Notes under the pieces: model-generated
Told to the model about the DNA's origin: nothing
The model's input: only the letters and a program-made list of their open reading frames with translations
The model's database searches: none
In this document: positions 25,082 to 36,742 of the stretch, piece after piece
Position numbering within the stretch: position 1 is the first letter of the stretch
Layout of the letters: every line of letters starts with the position of its first letter
Assembly (NCBI RefSeq): GCF_964355755.1
Contig: NC_092672.1
Coordinates: 37,640,437-37,704,436 of the forward strand
Reading direction: 5' to 3'
From: Antedon mediterranea
Lineage: Eukaryota > Animalia > Echinodermata
DNA: 64,000 nt
Position numbers and translations under genes: made by a program

Positions 25082-25215
25082 CAATGTTTGAATGAGTTAA
25101 ATACAAAGAAAGGTATCGATCCTGTCTCTGTGAATGAGTAACATTCAATTTCTTTATGAAGCATTATACGAGTCATACATTAGGTTATTCAATGCCAACC
25201 CCTGCCAATGCTTCG
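25082..25215 (-). ncRNA. Box H/ACA snoRNA family 2, copy 4 (subtype b, intact)
   Basis: Same pockets as subtype a (GGCAGG/CGUA; UACUC/AUUU) with rewritten stems (UUGAAUG/CAUUCAA), H box AAAGAA, ACA+3; in the intron upstream of the ATG exon. Confidence 0.85.
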
Positions 25216-25588
25216 ATAAACTAATCCATACCAGGGGATAGTATAATAACTAAGCCTCTAGCTAGCTTGTCTATACATTTACATTGCTACATCAAGCCCA
25301 CCACTTTCTTTGGTATATCAATTATCATTATCAGACAGTGAGTGACAAAAAAGGAAGCATTTTTTCACCAACAAAATGTTATAGGAGATTGAATAATACA
25401 TGCAAGCAGTATGCTACTATTCTAATGATGTACATGACCTAATTCAACAACTCTAGGTCCAGGCTTGCAAAGGTAGCCCTCCTAAAGTTAAGCCACTCTT
25501 TACCCTTAGACCTACTGTACCACGGGGTTTCCCTCTACTCATGAATGAGCCCTCTGGAGAACATACAAACCACGTAAGTCTGACTCAC

Positions 25589-25835
25589 CCTTTTTAATCG
25601 GCTAACATTACCGGTTGTAAAAAACCCATCAGCAAGTCAGTACCCTCCATCCAAAATGTGAAAAACCTTATAACACCAACATGTCTATAATTTCAGAATA
25701 TTATTCAATCGTAACGTAAATATTAGTAAAGAATCATCGACAACCTATTTCGCTCTCCAACGAAATGGCGGCTTCTTCTTGCATATTTTATGTAAATGAG
25801 CGCAATGAGCTCTTTGTGTGTAGCGCCCTCAATTT
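25589..25835 (-). promoter_or_regulatory. Probable SRCAP non-coding first exon / promoter with YY1-like motif
   Basis: Donor-like G|GTGAGT at 25589/25588 (minus); AAATGGCGGC at 25763-25772. The upstream-intron snoRNA requires a 5' UTR exon somewhere here. Confidence 0.4.
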
Positions 25836-25944
25836 TCAATTACATCGATTAAACAATACAGTACTTCAATATCACTAAAGTACTACAACTCCTATTCCTG
25901 ATTGCCAGAAAACGCATAACTTTCACACTTTTTAAAAGCAATTG

Positions 25945-26760
25945 ATGATGATAAGCCTATTGATATTGTATCGATTTGATCAAACTATAAAAACATTGAT
26001 GCTATTAATATTGTATCGAATTGATCAAACTATACAAAAAATTAATGTTATAGATATTGAATCGATTTGATCAAACTATAAAAACAATCGATGCTATATT
26101 GTTTATATTTTATCGATTTGATCAAACTATAAAAACAATTGATACTAATTACTATTTATATTGTATCGATTTCATCAAACTATAAAAAAATTTGATGCAA
26201 TTGATATTGTACCGATTTGATCAAACTTTAAACAAATTTATGTTATTGATATTGAATCGATTTGATCAAACTATAAAAACAATTGATGCTATTGTATCGA
26301 TTAGATCAAACTATAAAATAATTAATGCTATTTATATTGTATCGATTTGATCAAACTATACAAAAATATACATATTTAAAACACAATTTAAGCAAGAAAA
26401 ATAAAAGAGGATAGCATGTCCACTATTCAGTCGTGCCTTTTCAGTCAACAGCCATTGATCGATTTGATTAAACTATAAAAACAATTGATGCTAATTACTA
26501 TTTATATTGTATCGATTTGATCAAACTATAAAAAATTTATGCTATTGATATTGAATCGATTTCATCAAACTATAAAAACAATTGATGCTATTGTATCGAT
26601 TTGATCAAACTATAAAATAATTAATGCTATTTATATTGTATCGATTTGATCAAACTATACAAAAATATACATATTTAAAACACAATTTAAGCAAGAAAAA
26701 TAAAAGAGGATAGCATGTCCACTATTCAGTCGTGCCTTTTCAGTCAACAGCCATTGATAC
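25945..26760. repeat. Degenerate ~45-bp satellite (tatcgatttgatcaaactataaaaacaattgatgc) with a ~300-bp higher-order duplication
   Basis: About 14 diverged units; the block ending cagccattgat occurs at ~26460 and ~26759. Confidence 0.85.
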
Positions 26761-26819
26761 AAAACATTCACCTGCTCACAACGTATATTAATTTAACTTT
26801 CCTACTATTGACTTTTTGA

Positions 26820-29800
26820 TCATTTTTGGGATGGAAGAACTATGCTAACACTATCACTTGAATCACTGTCTTCTATACTGTTAATTAATTCATTTTCTAC
26901 TGACTCCTTGTGTTTTTTGTTGATAAGTTTTCTGTTCCTCTTCCAATGATTATCGAGAAAAGAATCAACTACAGTTTTTTGTAATCTTTTCTCATTTTTT
27001 ATATGACCATCATAAGCCCAAGTTTCTGGAATGGGTGCTGTTTTATTCTTCCAGTCTTCAGCTAAAAAAAAATATTAATAGAAAGAGGTTTATATTTTCG
27101 GGGGAAAGCAATTTGTAATAGATGGGCTATCAACAACATGCAAGCACATTTTGGAATAAATCATTTTAAAATGATTTAATAGAGATTTTTGTTTACACCA
27201 CTATGATGGTTCAAGATTTTACATTAATTTGAATAAATTGGATGGATATACTCTTACCTTTGTCGGGAAACCCTCTGGATGAAAACTTCCATTTCTGAAG
27301 AAATTCTTTGTTGCTACCACCGGACAAAAGTTTAGGTGCCACAGAGCAGCCAGTATCAAGCTGGATAATACATCGTTCTGACCTTTGACATAGGTCATCT
27401 TCAGAATCTTGCCAATTCTCAACACTTGCCACTGTTTCTTCACTGTTTTTCTTAGTTGCTAATGTTTCACTAGAATGTATATGATCACCGACAGAAACAT
27501 TATTATCAGATGAAGCTATTTCATCAATTATTAATTTACCTTCACTTCCAACACAGCTCTCATCATTATTATTTTCACAAAGTATTATATCATCTTTATC
27601 CTCATCTTCTGTCAAATTTCTTTCAAGGTTACTTTGAGACATTACCTTGTACATATTAGTAATTGGATTTTTTTGTATTATTATTTTTGTGTCATTTTTG
27701 TACACTGGATTTTTCTTCTCAATAACAGATTTTTGTTGAGATAAACTAATTTCATTATCCATATGTGATTCTACTCCTGGTAGTGACTTCATTGTCTCAT
27801 TTTGTGTCTTATTCTCTGCCATCTCCATTCCACCAACTTTATTTTCTGGTAATTTCTCTTCTTCAGGAATATTTTCTGGTAATTTCTCTTCTTCAGGAAT
27901 AGTTAAATTCATCTCACTATTTAACAACTCATTTTCTTTTCTTAGACTATTCTGTATATTACAATTGTTAATGCCGTCTATTTGGTCATCTCCAATATCA
28001 ACAACTTCTACTTGTTGTTCAGGAATCATTATATAGCTTTCATCTTCATTTCTCGGAGTTTCAATAAAGGATGGTTTTTCATCTTTCTTTTTTTTCTTTT
28101 TTGAATATCTAGATTTCTTTTCTTCGATATTACTATGATCATCAAAACTTTCTGTAACAGTTTCGTCTGAATGTTTATATTGTTCCAATTCCATTTGTTC
28201 AACATCACTAGAGCATTTATGTTTCTTTTTCCTTGTCTGTTGGTCAACCACAATGTTTTCAATAATATTGTTAATAATAGAAGTAATTTCTTCACCGTTG
28301 TCAACACTTGAAGGTGAAAACAATTCTTCTGATTCTGTATATAAATCTTGAGCATCAGTTGAGCGTTTTCGTTTCTTTTTTTTCTTCTTTTTAAGTATAA
28401 TATTTTCTTCTTCAGGAATGTTACATTCATTAGCTTTCTTAACTATTTTTTCTTCATCTAGACTTGATTTTTTGTGTTTCTTCTTTTTCTTTCGTGCAAT
28501 ATTTTCCCCAATTCCCTCCATTTCATTTGCTTTTTTTTCTTGTTCATTTTCTATTTCCTCTTCAGAAATGTTACCTTCATTAGCTCTATCAACTATTTCT
28601 TCTTCATTTGTTACTGTTTTTTCAACTATTTCTTCTTCATTTGTGACTGTTATTTCATGACTTGTTCTTTTGTGTTTCTTCTTTTTCTTTCGTGCAATAT
28701 TTTCATCAATTCCCTCCATTTCATTTGCTTTTTTTTCTTGTTCATTTTCTATTTCCTCTTCAGAAATGTTACCTTCATTAACTCTATCAACTATTTCTTC
28801 TTCATTTGTTACTGTTTTTTCAACTATTTCTTCTTCATTTGTGACTGTTATTTCATGACTTGTTCTTTTGTGTTTCTTCTTTTTCTTTTTCTTTCGTGCA
28901 ATATTTTCATCAATTCCTTCCATTTTATCTGCCTTTTTTTCTTGTTCATTTTCTATTTCCTCTTCAGAAATGTTACCTTCATTAGCTCTATCAACTATTT
29001 CTTCTTCGTTTGTTACTGTATTTTCAACTATTTCTTCTTCATTTGTCACCGTTATTTCATGACTTGATCTTTTATTTTTCTTCTTTTTCTTTTTCTTTCG
29101 TACAATATTTTCCTCAATTCCTTCCATTTCATCTGCTTTTTTTTCTTGTTCATTTTCTATTTCCTCTTCAGAAATATTATTACATTTATTAGCTCTATCA
29201 ACTAGTTCTTCTTCATTTGTCAATGTTATTTCATGACTTGATCTTTTATTTTTCTTCTTTTTCTTTTTCTTTCGTACAATATTTTCCTTAATTCCTTCAA
29301 TTTCATCTGCTTTTTTTTCTTGTTCATTTTCTATTTCCTCTTCAGAAATATTATTACATTTATTAGCGCTATCAACTATTTCTTCTTCATTTGTCTCCGT
29401 TATTTCATGACTTGATCTTTTATTTTTCTTCTTTTTCTTTTTCTTTTGTGCAATATTTTCCTCAATTCCTTCCATTTCATCTGCTTTTTTTTCTTGTTCA
29501 TTTTCTATCAAATTAAGGTTTACTTGTTTGTCATTCAAACTGTCTACTTCATGATTCTCATTTTCTCTTATTTTCTCCGATTCAATTTCAGTCTGCTCAA
29601 CTACTACAAGCAACTTATCTTCACTTTTTTGCCTTTTTCGGTTACTTTTAATAAAATCAGTTTCCTCATCTAGTTTTCGTTTTGATAGTGTTCCTGAATC
29701 TTGCTCAGTACTACAAATTTCTGTAGAAGTGTTTTTATTGTTTTTCCTTTTCTTTTTCTTCTTTTTATGTTGCTTTCCTATGATATCTTCACTTATTTCT

Positions 29801-30357
29801 CTTTCTGTTGGCAATGCTAACCCTTGAATTAATTCATGTGCATCTACATTTTCTTGTTCTTGTGTTGCCACTGTTTCGTGTTTTTTACTTTTAATTTGTG
29901 TACGCTTCGATTTCAACTTTTTAGGCTTTTTCTTAGATTTTTTACCTTTTTTAGACGTTTCTTTCTTTCTTTGATGATGTTTTTTGCGATGCGATTTTGC
30001 CAATAAAGAAACAACTTGAGTCATTATAGTATTAGCGGTACTTTTATCAAGGCGAGATTCAAGTCCACATCTTATTTCATTTAGTTTACACGTTTCCTTT
30101 GTAGTTTTTTTAACACCTTTTTTCTTTGGTTTAGAACTGATTGATGTTTGATCAGATGGTTTAGAACCAATTGCTGATTGGTCAGCAGGTTTAGAACCAA
30201 TTGCTGATTGGTCAGCTGGTCTAGAACCGACTTGTGATTGGTCTTGCATATATGTTTTGTCTAAGGAATCTTTCTTTCTTGATTTTTTATTTTTTTGTTT
30301 TTTAACAGATATTTTGTTTGATGTAGATCCACTTTTCTTTTTCTTCTTGTGCTTCAT
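26820..30357 (-). CDS. Uncharacterised ~1113-aa Lys/Glu-rich, largely low-complexity protein
   Basis: Exon 27258-30357 (acceptor before 30403, donor GTAAG) splices in phase 1 to exon 26820-27061 (AEDWKNKTAPIPETWAYDGH...PSQK*); long uninterrupted ORF with internal repeats. Confidence 0.8.
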
Positions 30358-30751
30358 ATTAATAATTTATTCACACTTTTTTAGTATGCTTTTTTAAATA
30401 AATCTGGGGAAAAAAAGAAGAAATATCATTTTTGTCAATTTCATGCCTAGTCACTACACACTTCACATACCCAAACAAAAGACCAACAAACTTGGCCATG
30501 TCACGGTCACTAGGCGCTTACAATTTTTTTTTTTAGTTTTAAGGATGGTACCGATTATAATTATATCCAAAAAAAGTTTTTAATATACTGTATTACAACA
30601 GTATGCTAGGGGCGACTTTGCGTTGGTTGGGGCGACATTGTATTCGGCGACTTTGCGATGGGGCGACTTGACTGGATCCCGTACTACTATAGGATTAATA
30701 GGCCTTAGTAATAGTAGCAGGCCTCCTAGCTACTGTAGGCTCTAGCTAGTC

Positions 30752-33700
30752 ACGAAAACAGAGACCTCGAAAACAGAGACCAGAGACCCAGTATCTCTGT
30801 TTTCGAGATTTTCTCGAAAACAGAGACCCCCACTAAAACGTCTCAATATTACGCAATATAAGGGGTCTCTGTTTTCGAGTTCTCGAAAACAGAGACCCCC
30901 AATAAAACGTCTCAATATTAAATTATATAGGGGGTCTCTGTTTTCGAGTTTTTCTCGAAAACAGAGACCCCCACTAAAACGTCTCAATATTACGTAATAT
31001 AGGGAGTCTCTGTTTTCGAGTTCTCGAAAACAGAGACCCCCACTAAAATTCTTCTAAATTAACTTATACATTTCAATTTTAAACACAAACTTACAAAAAA
31101 TCTTATGTTGATGTTTTCCTAAACATATAGACACAATGAATAAGAAAATTGAAATTAAACAAACAAATATTCTATGAATTTATGAAGACATTTTGTCTGT
31201 TAATAATAATTTGTTATTAACAATTATAGGGTAAGGGGTAACATTTTTTCTAATAACTTTGTATTTAGTGATCAAATTTGCATTTTTTTGTATTAATATG
31301 TACTGTGTAGGTTGCCTAATTGTTATATTCATGTTGAAAAAATAAAACGTAACATATTGACATCATTGTAGGTAAAAGGATCATTGAACATTACCAAATT
31401 TCTTCCAAATTTAACATTAATAAAGTTTCAATTTTAAACACAAAAAAACAACAAATCTATTACAAACTGGTGTTTTTTTTTCAAACCTATAAAGACAATG
31501 TACAAATACAAATTAAAGTTAAAGATTAAACACAAATAAACATGTATAGGCACTAACAATATGAAGAATTTTGACCGTATTAGTAATTTGTAATCCTTAA
31601 AAATTTTGGGGTAAGGGGTAACATTTTTGCTAATAACTTTGAATTTATTGAACATATTTTGCATTTCTTGGTGAAGTATGATCTTGTGCAATGTTCCTTG
31701 ACATTTTGGAATGTGATACTTTGCAAGTTTTCCGATTTTGATCAACGTTACCGGGCCGTTAATATCTTTTAAAATGTTATGAAAAAGCTGACGAAAATAC
31801 TAGAACCAAGTACACTGGTACAGCACGTTATAGTCTTCAGTCTGTATTCTCTAGAGATGTGAAGGGCATCCAACAATGGATAGAAACACTATTTGGCTCA
31901 GTGGCGTCTGTGAGCAATGAGGAAAATGTAAAATATGCATGGCAGTCTCTTCTGAAGATGTACCAGATATGATTTTTCCTTCCTGTGTAAATTGTATTGA
32001 CTGGACCTTCTCACCTAACTTTAGGTGGTTGTGTCAGAGTTATCCTCCAATATAATTGTTAATTTCCATGTCAATGTCTCTATCGACACAATATTTTGGG
32101 TCCTTTCCAGGAGTCCAGAAAATACAAAGAGACTGAAGACCGTAACATGCTGCACCAGTGTTCTTGGTTAAAACATTGGTTAATAGATATTAATGGTAGC
32201 CTTGATCAAAATGGGGAAAACTTAGAACCATCTTTGACCATGCCAAGATACATGGCACATACTTCAAACTGCGATATGAAAACATAGAGATACCCAGTTC
32301 TTTCAAACATACAGTATGTGGAAGATGTGGAACTGCAGCTAATATGAAAATCTAAAAAATTGACATACAGTATTAATGAGTTTGAATAAACTAACTGTTT
32401 TCTTTAAATCAAGATGAAGTAAAATGTAATTGTCCTGTAATATTACAATACCATAACAGTTTTGTTTAGAAAACTATCTCATTTGCATTTGCAAACCAGA
32501 TGAACAATTATAACCTTAGAATATCTTATCAGTTACAAATAAAAGATATAATTGGTAATCTAAACAATTTCTATGATTACTATAGACAATTGAATGTTTA
32601 GAATATGTAAATTATAAAAAACAAATTACAACACAGAAGCTGGATATGTGTATTATTATCAATATGTAATAACAATGAAACATCAAAGATATATTTATTA
32701 TCCTCATATTTGATGTATACCTTCCAAAAAGTCATGCATTTTGTTATTTCGTATCCCATAACAATACTAAACGGTGAATTTTTTTCTATACGTTTAATAA
32801 GTTAAAAACCACATAAATCTATTGGTAATAACATTTTGATAATTTTTTAATATATAGCAATTAAACAGTTTATATACTACTTATTGGTTCCTAGAAATGC
32901 AAAATATGTTGACTAAATTCAAAGTTATTAGCAAAAATGTTACCCCTTACCCCATAGTTTTTAATAATTACAAATTACTATTACGGTCACAATTCCTAAT
33001 ATTATTACACATATTTATTTGTTTTTAATCTTTAACTTCAATTTCTTGTCCATTGTCTTTATATTATAGGTTTAAAAGAAAAGTTAGATTTGGTGTATTT
33101 TTGCGTTAAATATTGAAACTTTATTAATGTTACATTTGGACGAAATTGCATTTCTTTAAATGTTCAATGACCATTTGACCTACAATGATGTCAATATATG
33201 TTACGTTTTATTTTTTCACAATATAACAATTAGGCAACCTACGCAGTACATATTAATACCAAAAATATGCAAATGTGATCACTAAATACAAAGTTATTAG
33301 GAAAAATGTAACCCCTTAAGGCCAATTTACACAGACGAGCGGTAACGGTAGTAAGCGGTAATTGTAAGCGAAAAACCGCGTGGCTTTTCCCATTTACACA
33401 GCGCGCGGAGTTCGCGAACAGAGTGGTGGAAAGTAGGTGCGTGTAGGCCTCGAGGCTAATGCATGTTACAGTCACTGCTGGCCTGGATGTGACTGACTGT
33501 CAGTAGGCCTAGCACACACAGACCTAAGTTTTATAGGGAATTGTTGCCTAATAACGTACTAAAATGTATATTTTCTTTTCACTATCCTTATACGAACATT
33601 AGTCAGGTCGTAGGTGTTTGTATTTCTGAATAAAAAGAAGTTGCAAACTAGGCTAGGCCTACTACGGCACTCGTATATATTGTCGTCTTTCACTCGACGG

Positions 33701-35261
33701 ACGCAAAAAAAAGTTGTTGATAGATGACGTCATATCAATTATGTCGTTGGTTGGCCAGAATCCATAAATACCGCGCGGTATTTTCACAAAATCGAATCTG
33801 TTTCGATCCTCTGAGCGGATTTCCGCTCAACCGCTCGTTCGCTCCGCGTTCTGTGTAAATGGTCATAAGAAATAACAGATTCTATTTTTGCGTTTTCCGC
33901 TCAACTTTACCGCTTACCGTTACCGCTCGTCTGTGTAAATTGGCCTTTTACACTATAATTGTTAATAATACATTACTATTAACAGACAGAATGTCCTCAT
34001 AAATTCACAGAATATTTGTTTGTTAAATTCAATTTTCTTATTTATTGTGTCTATAGGTTTAAGAAAACATAAGATATCTTGTATTTTTGTGTTTAAAATT
34101 GAAATGTATAAGCTAATTTAGAAGAAATTGCATTTTTGATTAAAGGTCATTGACCTTTGACCTCTAAAAGACATCAATAGATGTTCGATTCATTTTTTAA
34201 AAGCATATTACAATAAAGAAATCCATACACTACATACTGATAACAAGAAAATGTAAATCTGTTCACTAAATCTTAAGTCATTTGCAAAAACGTTACCCCC
34301 TACCCCATTATTGTCAAAGATTACTAATGACGAAAAAATTTCTTTACAATGCACAGCATATTCAATTTTGAAAAAATGTTAACTTCGATTTTCTTATTGT
34401 GTCTATAGGTTTAAGAAAACATTAGTTTGCATAAGATATCTTGTATTTTTGTGTTTAAAATTGAAATTTATAAGCTAATTTAGAAGAAATTGCATTTTTT
34501 ATTAAAGGTCAGTGACCTTTTGACCTCTAAAGATGTCAATAAATGCGGGATTCAATTTTAAAAAGTATATTACAATTAGGCAATCTATACACTACATACT
34601 GATAGCAAGAAAATGCAAATCTGTTAACTAAATTGTAAGTTATTCGCAAAAATGTTACCCCTACCCCATAATTGTAACCGATTACAAATTACTAAAATAA
34701 AAACAACAAATTTCTTCATAATACACAGCATATTCATATTTTGTTAATCTTTAACTTCAATTTTCTTGTTTATTGGGTCTATATGTTCATGAAAACATCA
34801 GTTTGCATAACATCTATTGTATTTTTTTTTTTTTAACTGAAAGTTATAATAAGTTAATATTAGACAAAAAATAATTTTTTACTAAAGTTCAATGACCTTC
34901 TGACCTCTAATGGCGTCAATAATTGTTGGATTTACTTAGAAAAATATATTACACTTAAGCAGTCTATACACTACATATTGATACCAAGAAAATGCAAATC
35001 TGTTCATTAAATCCCGAATTATTAGCAAAAGTGTTACTCACTACCCCAAAATTTTGTGTTGCATATTTTCCGTAGGCGGTGTTATATAATCCTAAAAAAA
35101 GACTATTATTAACCTGTACAATTGGCATTGCTATCATGGATTTCTGAAAAGTAGACATATTAAGCTTTCCAAAAATATATGGTAGCATTTGCCACCAATT
35201 TGATACTGCTTTCGCAAAAAACTGGACCTGGCCCATGGACTATCTCTGTTTTCGAGACACC
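30752..35261. mobile_element. Foldback-like composite repeat
   Basis: Array of alternating gaaaacagagac / gtctctgttttc motifs (30752-31047), with a matching motif at ~35243-35256; ~360-bp subunits at 31047-31700 are inverted relative to 32850-35050; unique core ~31750-32360. Confidence 0.65.
33319..33947. mobile_element. PIF/Harbinger-like MITE, TTA TSD
   Basis: TIR aggccaatttacacagacgagcggtaacggta / taccgttaccgctcgtctgtgtaaattggcct; removal restores the acccctta-c-c/a-ctataattg motif seen in the opposite arm. Confidence 0.88.
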
Positions 35262-36742
35262 CAGTCACTAACTCAGTCTCAGAACTGCACGTGTCATTTT
35301 TAAAGACAGCAACAAGCTGCAGCAGTAATTTTAATCAGTCAGTAGATTAGTTATTTACACAGTATGATATGATGATGATGTACTGTAGTAGTACTACTAT
35401 ATATATTGTATTAATTATTGTCTAGGCCCTAAATCAACTACGTAATTAAATTACCTGTTAAATGACAAATAACTAAATTACAACGTTCATCTTCGCCTAG
35501 CTATGACGCCTAGGCCTAGCAAGTTTACACACAGTACCAGTATACCATGTGGTCTACAAAGTCACTATGCTCTAGCTCTGTGTACGTACGTGTTGTCTTT
35601 TCGTGTCGTGAGGCTTTCGTCGTATTAAAATAAACAACATAGCGCCACCACCGTTGCATCAGGATATGGTTGCGTTTACATGTATTTTGCGTTTCGTCAA
35701 GCTGTACTAAACGCGTGTGTGTGTACTGTAATGTTATATTAAAGTACAATAAAAAACTGATTCCAGGGCTAATAAATCAATTTAGATTGTCTTACTGTTA
35801 TCCTTTAATTTTGGTTATAAAAAAAATAGAAAAGGACGACACGAACAAGAGTAATGGATTGTGAAATTATGTTTTTTATTTATGAGTTATCAATTATTAT
35901 TATTCAATATAATAATACAGTATAGTTATTATATGCTTTTAAAATGTAATAAAATAAACTTTTAAAATACAAAACAAATACAAACTGCTAAAGGCGTGGC
36001 AAAGTGTGATGATCTTCTGTAGTTTGAGAAACCAAAGTTCAACATGATTTGTTTTAGCTCTGTACTTGTGTCAACAAACAAATAAATAGATAAATTTAAA
36101 CAATCATTAATAAGACAGCTATTATTTTTACTATTGGTAATTCCTTTGTCTAAAGACATAAAATAAATACAGCATACACATATCAATAAATTGTGCAGTA
36201 GTATTAACACGTCAGGTTTAGTTTGTGACTGTTAAAATGAAATTAACAGCACTAAGGCCAAAAAAATATAACTTAACCCAACATCATTTATATGAACATT
36301 TTCTAATTCCATATGCTGTATGTTGGTAAATCACATTAAAATTGTTCTTTTCATGTTGAATTTCAATATAAAACAACATTTGTTTTAAAACATAATAAAA
36401 CAGCATGTTAAATATGTGATTAATTATTATTATCATAATATTTTTTTTCATAATTTAAAAAGATACTACAGTGTACTCCAAACAAATGTCTATCACTCAA
36501 TTACTGTAGATATAAGGTTATCAAATAGATTTTGACCTATTATAATTATTATGCCTATAAACAAAATTATTTTAATTAATTATAATATAATTATAATAAT
36601 AAATTTTAATAATACAGTATAATAAATTTTAATAATACAGTATATAATATAGATTCATGTAGTAATATGTAATTTTACTTTCTATGGGCCAGAGATTCCA
36701 AAATAAAAGATAGTAGAATGAATGCATAACACTGATATATGT

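Noticed and set aside
28418-29673. Phe-rich plus-strand ORFs
   Set aside because: Antisense shadows of the K/E-rich coding exon.
30608-30680. ggggcgact repeat cluster
   Set aside because: Looks like one end of a MITE but no partner TIR or TSD is visible.
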